From Patescibacteria group bacterium (GTDB lineage Bacteria; Patescibacteriota; Microgenomatia; UBA8517), in contig JALHYA010000004.1 of assembly GCA_022868165.1 (NCBI GenBank), positions 16,457 through 80,456 on the forward strand: DNA of 64,000 nt, given 5' to 3'. Position numbers and translations under genes: made by a program. Positions 45,783-55,600 of this stretch are shown here, piece by piece. Under the pieces are notes generated by a model that did no database searches, had not been told where the DNA came from, and saw only the letters and a list, made by a program, of their open reading frames with translations. The stretch's first letter is position 1; each line of letters begins with the position of its first letter.

Positions 45783-47420
45783 ATGGCTAAACAATTAAAA
45801 TTCAGCGAAGACGCAAGACAAGCCCTACTTAAGGGAATGGAAGTCGTATCCAAGGCTGTCGTAACAACTTTGGGTCCAAAAGGCAGAAATATTGCTTTGG
45901 ATAAAAAGTGGGGAGCTCCAAACATAGTCCACGATGGAGTTTCCGTTGCCAAAGAAATTGATCTGGCCGACCCATTCGAAAATATGGGCGCACAATTGGT
46001 CAAAGAAGCCGCTTCAAAGACCAACGATGATGCCGGAGACGGAACGACTACAGCTACCCTTCTTGCCTATTCTATGACCAGAGACGGAATGAAGAATGTA
46101 GCTGCCGGAGCAAACCCGATGATTGTCAAAAAAGGAATTGAAAAAGCAGTTGCGGCTGTCGTTGAGGGCCTTAAGAAAATCTCCAAACCTATCAAAAACA
46201 GGGAAGAAATTACACAGGTTGCCACAATTTCCGCGGGAGACAGCGAGATTGGTGCCAAAATTGCCGAGGCTTTGGACAAAGTCGGAAGAGACGGAGTAGT
46301 TACAGTTGAAGAAGGAAAGGGCCTAACAATCGATATTGAATACAAAGAAGGAATGGAATTCGATAAAGGATATGCTTCGGCATACTTTGTCACGGAACCC
46401 GAAAAAATGGAGGCAGAGATTGAAAATCCATATATTTTGCTTACCGACAAGAAGATCTCCGCAATTGCCGACCTCCTTCCTTTCTTAGAAAAGTTTGTTA
46501 AAGTTTCCAAAAACCTCGTAATAATTGCCGACGAAATAGAAGGCGAAGCCCTAGCTACATTGGTTGTAAATAAACTTCGCGGAACCTTCAATATTTTGGC
46601 CATAAAGGCTCCGGGATTTGGCGACAGGCGCAAGGAAATGCTTGAGGACATAGCAATACTAACTGGCGGTTCGGTAATTAGCGAAGATACGGGCAAAACC
46701 TTCGAAAATATTGAAGTTGCGGATTTGGGACAGGCAGAAAAAGTTTGGGCCGACAAGGAAAACGCTCGAATAATCGGCGGAAAAGGCTCAAAAGCGGCAA
46801 TTAGTGCCAGAATAAGTCTTGTCAAAAACCAAATAGAAGAGTCCGACTCGGATTTCGACAAGGAGAAATTTGAGGAAAGATTGGCAAAGCTTTCCGGAGG
46901 AGTTGCTCAAATTAATGTTGGTGCAGCAACCGAGATTGAACTTAACGAGAAAAAAGAGAGAGTAAAAGATGCGGTTGGAGCGACAAAGGCTGCCGTAGAA
47001 GAGGGAATTTTGCCCGGCGGAGGAGTTGCACTTTTAAGAGCCAGGGAAGTTTTAAAAACCTTAACTGTTGAAAAAGGTATTAATAATAAAGATGAGCAGA
47101 CCGCCAAGGATATTGTATATGAAGCCTTGGAGCAGCCTCTCCGCTGGTTGGCTAAAAATGCCGGGGAGGACGATGGGTATGTTCTTAAGAAAATTGAAGA
47201 AGCAAAAGACGGTGATTATGGTTTCAATGCGCTAACCGGAGAATTCGGTTCAATGACCAAATTTGGAATTTTGGATCCCCTTAAGGTGACCAGGACCGCT
47301 CTTCAAAACGCCGCATCGGTTGCAATGATGGTTCTGACGACCGAAGGATTGGTTACGGATATCCCGGAAAAAGAAAAATCCACCCCGACTCCTGATATGG
47401 GTGGGGGAATGGAGTATTAA
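45783..47420 (+). CDS. groEL: Chaperonin GroEL
   Basis: '[60 protein letters not shown]'; C-terminal GGM tail 'MGGGMEY'. Confidence 0.95.
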   Translation: MAKQLKFSEDARQALLKGMEVVSKAVVTTLGPKGRNIALDKKWGAPNIVHDGVSVAKEIDLADPFENMGAQLVKEAASKTNDDAGDGTTTATLLAYSMTRDGMKNVAAGANPMIVKKGIEKAVAAVVEGLKKISKPIKNREEITQVATISAGDSEIGAKIAEALDKVGRDGVVTVEEGKGLTIDIEYKEGMEFDKGYASAYFVTEPEKMEAEIENPYILLTDKKISAIADLLPFLEKFVKVSKNLVIIADEIEGEALATLVVNKLRGTFNILAIKAPGFGDRRKEMLEDIAILTGGSVISEDTGKTFENIEVADLGQAEKVWADKENARIIGGKGSKAAISARISLVKNQIEESDSDFDKEKFEERLAKLSGGVAQINVGAATEIELNEKKERVKDAVGATKAAVEEGILPGGGVALLRAREVLKTLTVEKGINNKDEQTAKDIVYEALEQPLRWLAKNAGEDDGYVLKKIEEAKDGDYGFNALTGEFGSMTKFGILDPLKVTRTALQNAASVAMMVLTTEGLVTDIPEKEKSTPTPDMGGGMEY

Positions 47421-47732
47421 TTAGTTTTTGCTAGGCAATGGATAAACCCCCAAGGGGGCAGAATAAATTCTTTTATCTTCGCTTACCCCAAGATCTCTGG
47501 CGAGTTTTTCTATTTCCTGCTTACCTCTCACTGCGTGTTTTGGTGAAACTAAATAACCAGAATCCGGATGTCGCGGATGGGGAGAGACAAGAGAAAGGAA
47601 ATCATATATCTGTTCAGTTGCTTGCAGCTCGTTTTCAACACGCTCTCGGCCATCGGGGATGGGGGTAACCATATGTGGTTGGCCGAAAGGGTCTTCGGCT
47701 ACAGGATAGTAGTTTTTGATTCTTTCTGGCAT
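47421..47732 (-). CDS. Hypothetical small protein (103 aa) abutting the groEL stop tail-to-tail
   Basis: ORF only; start lies directly next to repeated module copy 2. Confidence 0.3.
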   Translation of the reverse strand: MPERIKNYYPVAEDPFGQPHMVTPIPDGRERVENELQATEQIYDFLSLVSPHPRHPDSGYLVSPKHAVRGKQEIEKLARDLGVSEDKRIYSAPLGVYPLPSKN

Positions 47733-47739
47733 GGGTGAA

Positions 47740-47859
47740 TTATGACATCCTCCCCGCTCAAAAGAGCGGGGTTCCCTCTAAAGGAGGATGACATATCAGC
47801 GTTCAATTCATCCCCGACTAAGTCGGGGTTTTCTTGAATGCTGTTATAATATACGCCCT
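47740..47859 (+). promoter_or_regulatory. Repeated promoter/hairpin module (copy 2) in front of a hypothetical gene; extended -10 TGtTATAAT, near-leaderless ATG
   Basis: ~88% identical to 17885-18005; second hairpin differs in sequence but keeps pairing (ccccgact/agtcgggg vs ctccgcaa/ttgcggag). Confidence 0.55.
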
Positions 47860-48267
47860 ATGGGAAAAGAAAGAAAAAACGATTTTATGCCCCAGGAAAT
47901 TTATGGCGATACGCCGGCGACAAGACGCTGGTTTGCGATTTCCATATGTGAGGTAGCCAAGTACAAGCTTAAAATTAGAGGCGTTCATGAGCCTTCTTGT
48001 GAGGAAATCGAAGCTTTCGTTAAACGGATTAAAGAAAAGCATCCGGGAGAGTGGGCGGTGTTGAGGGATAAGGCCTCGCAACTCCGAAGGAACGAATTCC
48101 TAAAAATAAAAAGAGAGCTCTTTGGGGAAGCCGCGTTTTCTAAGGATGTTTTGATAGGTGTTGGCGAAAAAGTAGAGGAAATTTATCAGGAAATAGACAA
48201 AGATTTGTCAAGAAACTGTGCATTTTTAGATAAAATAATTTTTCCCGAACAAGAGGAAGAAGAATAG
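47860..48267 (+). CDS. Hypothetical protein (136 aa), acidic C-terminus
   Basis: ATG placed 9 nt after the TATAAT of the repeated module (same geometry as rpmH); the longer ORF from 47788 would overlap the promoter module. Confidence 0.45.
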   Translation: MGKERKNDFMPQEIYGDTPATRRWFAISICEVAKYKLKIRGVHEPSCEEIEAFVKRIKEKHPGEWAVLRDKASQLRRNEFLKIKRELFGEAAFSKDVLIGVGEKVEEIYQEIDKDLSRNCAFLDKIIFPEQEEEE

Positions 48268-48356
48268 GAATCTTACTCAAAAAGTCTTTTAATGGCCGAA
48301 AGTTAGGACAAATTGCCACCAAATGGATTCCTTACCGAACGGTTGCTTCTTGGTAC

Positions 48357-48938
48357 TTATGGCATTGGGACTATTGCCCAGGGGTTCATAGGAATTCCGT
48401 TCTGTCTAACTTCAAGGTGGACATGAGGCCCGGTTGCGTGCCCCGTAGCACCCATTTTACCGACTTCGATGATAGTTGTGACATACTGGCCTTCAGCCAC
48501 TTCAATTTCCGATAGATGAGCATAAAGAGAAGTAATTTCGTTCCCATGGCCGATGATTATGGCGTTTCCGTAGCCGTATCTCGAATGGTCGACAGCCTCA
48601 ATAACGCCTCCCATAATAGGGTAGACCGGTTCGCCCAAGTTTCCCGCAAGGTCAACTCCGGGGTGGAAAAAGCTAAATCCCTGGCTAATCATAAACTCCT
48701 TAACAGGAGTTTGGATTTTGCGTTCGGTTGTAAGCGGAGCAATATTTTCCTGAATAACTGCCGAGTCCGGCGCCGTTGTGTCTATGGTTTTGATGGGAAG
48801 AAAAGAGGACAAAATAATGCCCATGGCAAGGTTTGCGCCCAGAAGTTTTTTAACACTTCTGTGCTCAAAGACATGCCTGAAAAACCTCGAGATTTTACTA
48901 CCCTTTCTGGCCTTCTTGATGTCTTCAAGGCTAGGCAT
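48357..48938 (-). CDS. M23/LytM-family metallo-endopeptidase, membrane-anchored (start uncertain; ORF open to 49100)
   Basis: 'GHGNEITSLYAHLSEIEVAEGQYV..GATGHATGPHVHLEVRQNGIPMNP' M23 signature. Confidence 0.65.
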   Translation of the reverse strand: MPSLEDIKKARKGSKISRFFRHVFEHRSVKKLLGANLAMGIILSSFLPIKTIDTTAPDSAVIQENIAPLTTERKIQTPVKEFMISQGFSFFHPGVDLAGNLGEPVYPIMGGVIEAVDHSRYGYGNAIIIGHGNEITSLYAHLSEIEVAEGQYVTTIIEVGKMGATGHATGPHVHLEVRQNGIPMNPWAIVPMP

Positions 48939-49158
48939 AAGGGGTAAATCATCAGAGGATTTTCGCCTTCTTACAAGATGAAGACGAAGGCGATATTTGG
49001 ACAGATTTAGCGATAGTTGTACCATATTGGGCAGATTTGTTGGGACAAAAAAATCCCGCATTTGTGCGGGACGCGTGAGTTTAGCTGATGAAGAGCCCAA
49101 AAGTCAAGTTTTAAAGTTTTGTATCCGGAAGTGAGTTAAGATACAATATCAGTGTTTC

Positions 49159-49230
49159 GGCCTGGTGGCGAAGTGGAAACGCTGCGGTCTGCAAAACCGC
49201 GATGCGAGGGTTCGATTCCCTCCCAGGCCT
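49159..49230 (+). tRNA. tRNA-Cys (anticodon GCA)
   Basis: Acceptor ggcctgg/ccaggcc, anticodon stem gcggt/accgc with loop ctGCAaa, T-arm gaggg-ttcgatt-ccctc. Confidence 0.8.
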
Positions 49231-49295
49231 CAGACTCCGTCTTCGGCCAGTTCGGTCATCGATAGTGCTGGATAAAGTACTTCGTGCCGTGCACA

Positions 49296-49316
49296 CGATT
49301 CCCTCCCAGGCCTCAG
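49296..49316 (+). repeat. 21-bp direct duplicate of the tRNA-Cys 3' end (cgattccctcccaggcctcag), 62 bp downstream of the tRNA
   Basis: Identical to 49213-49233. Confidence 0.8.
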
Positions 49317-49335
49317 TTGTCAAGCGCAAACCTCT

Positions 49336-50232
49336 TTGCTACACTTGGAGCTCGTGAGAAAGCTTCTTCCGATTTTAGGGATAATAGTTTTAGTATTGGC
49401 CATTATCGGTTTGGTCTACTTCGTAATTGCCTATACAAAACCAAAGGCGGCAGGAATTTACATAACCTCCAATCCGCCGGCTACAGTTTATATAAACGGC
49501 CAGCAGGTGGGCAAAACTCCCTACGATGCTACCCGAAAACCGGGGGAAATAGTGGTTAAGCTTATCCCTATTTCGACGGGTAAGCCTTTAGCCTCATTTG
49601 AAACCAAAGTAATTTTGAGCCCCGATATCCAAACGGTAATTAGGAGAGATTTCGGAGATTCTGATGATACCTCCGCAGGGGAGGTAACCTCTTTTGTCAG
49701 AGTCGGCGGAAAGGATGCGCAGATTGCAATTATTTCTGTTCCGGACGCCGCAGCCGTCACCATCGATGGCCAAAAGGTTGGATATGCTCCTTATAAAGAC
49801 TCCGCGGTCTCTCCCGGAGATCATCAAATGATTGTTTCCGCAAGCGGGTTTTTTGAAAGAACTTTTTCCGCCAAAGCAATTGCCGGTTATAAATTAACCG
49901 TTGTGGTTAAGTTGGCCCAAAGCTCCGCCAATCAAGTTAGCGAAAAGCCGAAAGAAGTTCCTAAGCCAATGGTGCAAATCTTGGACACACCCACAGGGTT
50001 TTTACGGGTAAGGGTTGCGCCGAAGACCGATTCGGATGAAGTCGGCCAGGTAAAACCGGGGGACACCTTTGTACTGTTAGGTGAGGACAAAGACAGCGGC
50101 TGGTTTCAGATAGAATATCAAAAAGGAAAAAGCGGCTGGATTTCCAATCAATTTGCCAAGAAACTCGAGACAAATCCTTCGGGGAGTCCTACGCCATCGC
50201 CGACTTCTACATCTTCCGCGACCCCGGCCTGA
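49336..50232 (+). CDS. Membrane-anchored protein with two PEGA domains and a C-terminal bacterial SH3 domain
   Basis: 'GIYITSNPPATVYINGQQVGKTPYDAT' and 'IAIISVPDAAAVTIDGQKVGYAPYKDS' PEGA-like; 'VKPGDTFVLLGEDKDSGWFQIEYQKGKSGWI' SH3b-like. Confidence 0.6.
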   Translation: MLHLELVRKLLPILGIIVLVLAIIGLVYFVIAYTKPKAAGIYITSNPPATVYINGQQVGKTPYDATRKPGEIVVKLIPISTGKPLASFETKVILSPDIQTVIRRDFGDSDDTSAGEVTSFVRVGGKDAQIAIISVPDAAAVTIDGQKVGYAPYKDSAVSPGDHQMIVSASGFFERTFSAKAIAGYKLTVVVKLAQSSANQVSEKPKEVPKPMVQILDTPTGFLRVRVAPKTDSDEVGQVKPGDTFVLLGEDKDSGWFQIEYQKGKSGWISNQFAKKLETNPSGSPTPSPTSTSSATPA

Positions 50233-50234
50233 AG

Positions 50235-51212
50235 TTAGGCAACGGTTGAAACTCCGCTATATAAAATCCAGATCACAAGTCCTATCCAGATGGCAACCGA
50301 AGCAAGAAGGGGAATGTCTGTTAAGAGAATCTTTTCCGGAGCTTCGGTTCTATCTTCAAAAATCAAGCTTTCATATCTCATTATTCCGAAAATAACCAAG
50401 GGGATTGTAATCATTAACATTTTATTGATAGTTGTGGTTTTTGATATTTCGGCCAAAAAAAGCCAAACGGGCACGGTTGCCTGAGGGGACTCGAAAAAGG
50501 TAAAAAGCGCCCAAGATAGCCAGGCCGCGTTTCCGAACATGGTAACATAGGAATCCAAGAGGCTTTTGGAATATTTGGTAAGACTTTGGCGTGTTGCCCC
50601 AGATGAAGCAGAAATTACCCCAAGCTCGGCCCTTCTTTTTCCTGAAGCCAAAAATAGAGCAACAGAGATTACACACAATAGAAACCAAACCGAAAGATGA
50701 GCATTAATGACAAATGCGCCGGCATAAACCCTTAAAATGAATCCGGCCGCAATGATAAGAATATCTATTATCGCCAAATTCTTAAGAACCAGAGAATAGA
50801 GCGCCTGCATAACTAAATAGCCGATAATCGAAAAGAGAAATAGGGGATTTAGCTTTGCCGCAAGAAAGATGGAAGCCGCAGCGAAGATAAACGCTTCGGC
50901 GAATGCAACCGAAATTGGAAGCTCCCCGGAAGCAATTGGCCTGAATTTTTTATGTGGATGGAGCCTGTCTCTTTTTATATCCCAAACATCATTGAAAATA
51001 TAGGTAGCCGATGTTGCCAAACAGAAAGCTATAAAAGCCAAAACTGTTCTATCTAAAAATATTTTGGTATAGAGGTTCCCGGTAAATATCAGGGCCGCAA
51101 AAAGAGCAAAATTTTTGACCCAATGAAGAGGTCTTGCCACTCGGATAAACGACGGCAAGAAAGAGAGAGTCTCTAGGTTTTCTTTGTAAGATTCGGTCGA
51201 TAAGTTAGCCAC
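50235..51212 (-). CDS. UbiA-superfamily polyprenyl-phosphate phosphoribosyltransferase (decaprenyl-phosphate 5-phosphoribosyltransferase-like)
   Basis: 'RPLHWVKNFALFAAL' and 'NDVWDIKRDRLHPHKKFRPIASGELP' parallel mycobacterial Rv3806c 'RPKQWVKN..' and 'NDVRDVEADREHPTKRFRPIAAG'. Confidence 0.65.
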   Translation of the reverse strand: MANLSTESYKENLETLSFLPSFIRVARPLHWVKNFALFAALIFTGNLYTKIFLDRTVLAFIAFCLATSATYIFNDVWDIKRDRLHPHKKFRPIASGELPISVAFAEAFIFAAASIFLAAKLNPLFLFSIIGYLVMQALYSLVLKNLAIIDILIIAAGFILRVYAGAFVINAHLSVWFLLCVISVALFLASGKRRAELGVISASSGATRQSLTKYSKSLLDSYVTMFGNAAWLSWALFTFFESPQATVPVWLFLAEISKTTTINKMLMITIPLVIFGIMRYESLIFEDRTEAPEKILLTDIPLLASVAIWIGLVIWILYSGVSTVA

Positions 51213-52255
51213 AAAATTAAGCCCCCTAAAGCGATTGCGACACCCACAATTGTATAGAACTTGGTCTTTGTATTCAAATTAATTGCCATAAATCCCAACA
51301 GGGCAGTGATTGCCCAGTAAAAAGACGCAACTTTTCTTTTGCTCCAACCCAAATCCAATAGCCTGTGGTGAAGGTGACCGCGGTCGCCCCACACCGGAGA
51401 CCTGCCCCCTATTATGCGTCGCACAATAGTATAGCCGGTGTCAATCAAAGGTACGCCCAAAACTACAATCAAGGTGCCAACTTTGGTTGTTGCCAGAATT
51501 GAAAGAACCGCCAAAAGATATCCGGCCAATGCGGCGCCTCCATAGCTCGGCATTATTTTTTGCGGATAAATGTGCCAAGGTAAAAATCCCAAATAAGCCC
51601 CGGCGGTTATTGCGGCAAGAATTATAACCGGCCATTGAGTGATATCGGCCGAAAACTTTAGGGAAAGAACGGCTATGGTTGCTGCGGCAATCACAACAAC
51701 TCCCGAAAGCTGGCCGTCAACCCCCTTGGCTCCCATATTGAGCATGTTCATCATAAAAACTATCCAAAAAAGAGCGAACAAATCCGACAGCACCCAGATG
51801 CTTTTTGCATCCCCGAAAAGGCTAAAGTGCAGTTGTGGCTGGGAAAGATTAATTATCCCGCCCAAAGGATTTGAAATGAATGCTATTCCGATTCCTGCGG
51901 CAATCGGGAAAAGTGCGGCCACAAAGCCAATGAGTAGCCTGAAATATGGGTTTAGGTCATATTTGTCATCCAGTAGCCCCATGATGATAATTACGGCTCC
52001 CCCGCCCAAAATCGCCAAAATATATTTGTCGTTGGGTAGAAACAGGAAGGAGGCAACGGCTATTGCCGCAAAAATCGCCAAACCTCCGGCTCGCGGCGTA
52101 GGGTGAATATGGATAATCGCGGGGTGCTTATGTTTTTTAGGGTCGTCCATAAGCCCAAATTTTTTAGCAAACCTGATTACCAGGGGTGTTGCAGCAAAGG
52201 CGATAAGTGCGGAAACTAAAGCCGGCAGAAGAGCCAGATTAAATATGCTATTCAT
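51173..52255 (-). CDS. Glycosyltransferase family 4 polyprenyl-phosphate phospho-sugar transferase (MraY/WecA-like)
   Basis: 360 aa, ~10 TM, 'FMMNMLNMGAKGVDGQLSG' corresponding to the MraY/WecA 'N..DG(L)DGL' motif region. Confidence 0.55.
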   Translation of the reverse strand: MNSIFNLALLPALVSALIAFAATPLVIRFAKKFGLMDDPKKHKHPAIIHIHPTPRAGGLAIFAAIAVASFLFLPNDKYILAILGGGAVIIIMGLLDDKYDLNPYFRLLIGFVAALFPIAAGIGIAFISNPLGGIINLSQPQLHFSLFGDAKSIWVLSDLFALFWIVFMMNMLNMGAKGVDGQLSGVVVIAAATIAVLSLKFSADITQWPVIILAAITAGAYLGFLPWHIYPQKIMPSYGGAALAGYLLAVLSILATTKVGTLIVVLGVPLIDTGYTIVRRIIGGRSPVWGDRGHLHHRLLDLGWSKRKVASFYWAITALLGFMAINLNTKTKFYTIVGVAIALGGLILWLTYRPNLTKKT

Positions 52256-52261
52256 AGCAGT

Positions 52262-52400
52262 TTCAAGGATACCACGAATTTTATTCGTGGAGGAATTGAA
52301 CCTGATATATCATACTTCGATGGTACTCAGTATGATACTGAGCTTGCCGAAGTATCATCCTTCCCTCAAGGGAAACCGCAAACTTTAGTTTGCTTAAGGA
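52262..52400. repeat. Cluster of four adjacent hairpins/palindromes between the GT4 gene start and the upstream small membrane-protein gene
   Basis: ccacgaattttattcgtgg; atcatacttcg..[ctcagtat/atactgag]..cgaagtatcat; ttccctcaagggaa; gcaaactttagtttgc. Confidence 0.5.
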
Positions 52401-52410
52401 TGTTATAAAG

Positions 52411-52812
52411 TTAAAAACTTCCTACCAAGAAAATTATCTTGATAGTTGTAATCACCGTAAAAAAAGTAACGCCGATGCTTGTTAAAATCAGTGCCTTTTT
52501 GAGGAATTCATCTTCCATCAAAAAACATGCCATAACATTGATAATCAGGATTCCTAAAGATACCAAACTTGGTAAGATTAGCCCCAATGCCGGGGCGAGC
52601 TGTGCTTCTCCTTCGGGAAGACTGTAATAAAGAGGTACCTGAGGAGGCAGTCTTTTAAGAAGAAGGACAACGGCCAAAATAGTGGCCAAGCTTGCGAAAA
52701 GCGAAAAATAGGCATAGTTCCTAAAAGGAATTAGGTCCGTGTCGAACCGGACATTTGTGGACAGTTTGGCAGGCCAAAATTTTCTTTTTGGGCCCTTCTT
52801 GGAGTTAGTCAT
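52411..52812 (-). CDS. Small polytopic membrane protein (133 aa)
   Basis: ORF with 3 predicted TM helices; 4-bp overlap with upstream gene. Confidence 0.45.
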   Translation of the reverse strand: MTNSKKGPKRKFWPAKLSTNVRFDTDLIPFRNYAYFSLFASLATILAVVLLLKRLPPQVPLYYSLPEGEAQLAPALGLILPSLVSLGILIINVMACFLMEDEFLKKALILTSIGVTFFTVITTIKIIFLVGSF

Positions 52813-54287
52813 TTAGCTTTAGTCCTAATGAACCTCCAGACTTCAGCGCCCTCAACGCTGGCAATCCGGATATAAGAGGTTCTGATAAGCGGAGTCAGTT
52901 CCGTAAAGGCTTGTGCATCCGGAAGAAGAACTATAAATGTCGGCTTATTTTTCTCAAACTGCTTCTCAACATCGGCTTTGGAGGAAAAGTCGTTTATATG
53001 ATAGCCTGCAACATATTTTATCGGAGGAAACTTCCGGGAAAGCGCATAAATTGACGGACTGTCTCCCCAAACAAACACGGTTTCTCCCGGCATCATGGAT
53101 TTAACCAGAAAATCCGCAATTTTATAATCTCTGGGTACGGAGGCTCCGAAAGAAGCAAGATATGTCTGCTTGTCCATTTTCATAGAAGCAAAGCTCGCAA
53201 ACCTTTGGTAGTAAGTAGCTGTCGGGTAATACCAGAATTTGTAGTAAACGGGGACCAGAAAGAAAATAGCCAAAGGCAAAATCACCAAAGATTGTTCCAG
53301 TGTTTTGTCGGCAACAAGCACTCCAAACAAAAGTGCGGTTGGCGCCAACGATTGAATCAGATAATGAGGATAAGGTCGTTCCGAAAGCGTTACGGCAAAA
53401 AGAGAGAACAGAAGCCACAGACAAAGGAAAATAAATTGTTTGGAGAATTTTGCGCGTTTCCAATAAAGAAGCCCCGCGCCAATCAAAACGACAAAGCCCC
53501 TTATAAATAGGGGCAAATTTTTAAGTAGAGACTTGCCCTGGGTCCCTACCCTCCAGCTCGAAAGATAACCAAGGTTTTGCAAAAAGGCCGCGGTGAAGTA
53601 GTCTTTTAAACTTCCCTTAAAGGCAAACCAAAGAAAGGTTAAACCGATCGGAACAATAAAGCCCAAGACCAGCGGCCAGGTTTTCTTTGCAACAGCCTTT
53701 ATTCCATTTATATTTATGCCGTCTTTGATTAGCCACAAAAAGACTATCGCAGGGACATCAAAGGCAGCAGGAATTTTAAAAAGTGTCGCAATCGAAAAAA
53801 GCACCCCCGCCCAAAATATATTTTTGAATGTTTCGGGTTTGGAAAAAAGAATAAGAAAAGCCGCAATAATAGGCCCAATCATAAATATCTCGGCGTTTGC
53901 GATATTTCCTTCAAAAAGGGGAATTGTGGTTATTAAGGCAAAAATTGCGGTCGCTACTTTATGAAGCTTTTCTTTCCCGGGGAAAAGGGTTTTGGAAAGA
54001 TGCCAGAAAAGGACTATTGTACCCAGGCTCCAGAAGGCCAAAATCACCTTAAACCAAAACAAGCTTCCGGCAACGGCTGCGGTGATATAAAGAAGCGGAG
54101 GCTTGTTGTCGTAAATCCCGCTATATAGGGTAATCCCCTGTCTTATTCCGTTGCCCAAAGTTAAGTAAACCATCTCGTCGCCGTAGGAATAAGGCTCAAA
54201 GAAAGATGGAATCCTAAGAATTAAGACGATACCCAGAAGAATTGTCAACCAATTTGGTGTGTGAATTTTGTTCAAAATTTTTTTCAT
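52809..54287 (-). CDS. GT-C fold glycosyltransferase (ArnT/PMT, GT39/GT83-like), paralog 1
   Basis: 'YSYGDEMVYLTLGNGIRQGITLYSGIYDNKPPLLYI' matches the ArnT/PMT N-terminal loop (DE motif, 'KPPL'); >10 TM. Confidence 0.6.
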   Translation of the reverse strand: MKKILNKIHTPNWLTILLGIVLILRIPSFFEPYSYGDEMVYLTLGNGIRQGITLYSGIYDNKPPLLYITAAVAGSLFWFKVILAFWSLGTIVLFWHLSKTLFPGKEKLHKVATAIFALITTIPLFEGNIANAEIFMIGPIIAAFLILFSKPETFKNIFWAGVLFSIATLFKIPAAFDVPAIVFLWLIKDGININGIKAVAKKTWPLVLGFIVPIGLTFLWFAFKGSLKDYFTAAFLQNLGYLSSWRVGTQGKSLLKNLPLFIRGFVVLIGAGLLYWKRAKFSKQFIFLCLWLLFSLFAVTLSERPYPHYLIQSLAPTALLFGVLVADKTLEQSLVILPLAIFFLVPVYYKFWYYPTATYYQRFASFASMKMDKQTYLASFGASVPRDYKIADFLVKSMMPGETVFVWGDSPSIYALSRKFPPIKYVAGYHINDFSSKADVEKQFEKNKPTFIVLLPDAQAFTELTPLIRTSYIRIASVEGAEVWRFIRTKAK

Positions 54288-55594
54288 ATTTTGTCAAACC
54301 AGACAAATTTTAAGTCCGAAAAAGTCTTTGCTTCACCTCTAGTATAGCCAGGTAGAGATGTCTCATCAATGCTCCCGCTCGTTATTACTCCTACTCTGGC
54401 CACCGTATGCGAATCCACCTTTTTTGGAATGGACGAAACAACATCGTCTTTTGTCATAAGCGCAGTGCCGACAAAAAACGGCAATGTTCCTCCGGGATTA
54501 TATAAGGGAGCGTTGAGGCCGTAGTATTTTGATTCCCACAAATGGTGCGAGGCGGAGTTCCAATTGATAAGATAGTCGTCTCCTTTTTGGACTTCGCGGG
54601 CGTAAGATGCCAAATCTCTAAACGGCAATTTGGTGGGATGGGTGAAATAAAAAGCGTCCATAATCACAAAAAAGATGACTAAGGGAGTTAAAAAGATATA
54701 CGAATATCTTCTTATGTTTGAGCCCAATAGAAGCATTGCCGCCGGAATTGTATAAAGTAAGTATCTATCGAAAAAGATAGATTGAAACTTTTGGGAAACA
54801 ATCCAGGTCAAGACAATAGGGACAAAAAACCAGGACAACAGAACAAGCGATTTTTCTTTGTCCGCGAGCCATCTTCGCAGGATAAGGATGGCAAAAGTCA
54901 GGTAAAGAGCAGGCTGGGCAAGCCTGTGCTTGATTCCCTCGGCCAAATAGTTGTAAATCAGATTTCTTAGGTCGACGAGTGTCGGTCTTCCCAACCAGAA
55001 ACCTCCGCCAACCATTTTGGTTTGCCCGTAAAGCGGGAGAATCCAGGGGGAATACAAAACTGCTACTAACGCGAAAGATTTGAGAATCGAATATGCAACC
55101 TTTCTTTTACCGAAGAAAAACTCTTTAAGGAACCAAAGGCCATGGGTAAATACGGCAAAAATTGCGAAGTGGTGCGTATATAAAGCTAGAGTCGTTGCTA
55201 CGACATACCACTTCCATTTTTTAGAAAGGAAAAAGTAAAAAGAGGCGGTAACGGTTGCCGCAAGCAGAGAATACATCCTTCCCTCGAAAGCGTAGGTGAA
55301 GAAAAACGGATTTAATAAAGTTAAAATGGCGGCCATAAATCCTGTTTTTTTGTCCCAAAGGTATTTGCCGATTAGATAAACAAAAAAGACGGCTATCAGA
55401 AAATAAAGCGAAGAAAGTGTTCTTATTGCGACCTCGGAATTCCCGAAGAGCTTAAACCAAAAATGTTCGGTTAGATTGTATAGGGGCGGAGAGGTGTCGT
55501 GAATTATGATTGAAATAATTTGGGGCACGCTCTTTTGAGATAAAACGGCCGAGAATGCCTCGTCTCCCCAAATACTGACGGTAAATTGGTTCAC
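54284..55594 (-). CDS. GT-C fold glycosyltransferase (ArnT/PMT-like), paralog 2
   Basis: 'GDEAFSAVLSQ...IIHDTSPPLYN' analogous loop; >10 TM. Confidence 0.55.
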   Translation of the reverse strand: MNQFTVSIWGDEAFSAVLSQKSVPQIISIIIHDTSPPLYNLTEHFWFKLFGNSEVAIRTLSSLYFLIAVFFVYLIGKYLWDKKTGFMAAILTLLNPFFFTYAFEGRMYSLLAATVTASFYFFLSKKWKWYVVATTLALYTHHFAIFAVFTHGLWFLKEFFFGKRKVAYSILKSFALVAVLYSPWILPLYGQTKMVGGGFWLGRPTLVDLRNLIYNYLAEGIKHRLAQPALYLTFAILILRRWLADKEKSLVLLSWFFVPIVLTWIVSQKFQSIFFDRYLLYTIPAAMLLLGSNIRRYSYIFLTPLVIFFVIMDAFYFTHPTKLPFRDLASYAREVQKGDDYLINWNSASHHLWESKYYGLNAPLYNPGGTLPFFVGTALMTKDDVVSSIPKKVDSHTVARVGVITSGSIDETSLPGYTRGEAKTFSDLKFVWFDKI

Positions 55595-55600
55595 AATTTA

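Noticed and set aside
47421-47732. Possibility that repeat-module copy 2 is primarily the 5' leader of the minus-strand 103-aa ORF
   Set aside because: The conserved TATAAT-to-ATG geometry and the shared 'ccctATG' junction favour + strand function as at rpmH. Bidirectional use cannot be excluded, so the minus ORF is kept at low confidence.
49234-49295. Functional mobile element between the two tRNA-Cys 3'-end repeats
   Set aside because: Only 62 bp separate the repeats and no coding capacity is present, so at most this is a scar or remnant.
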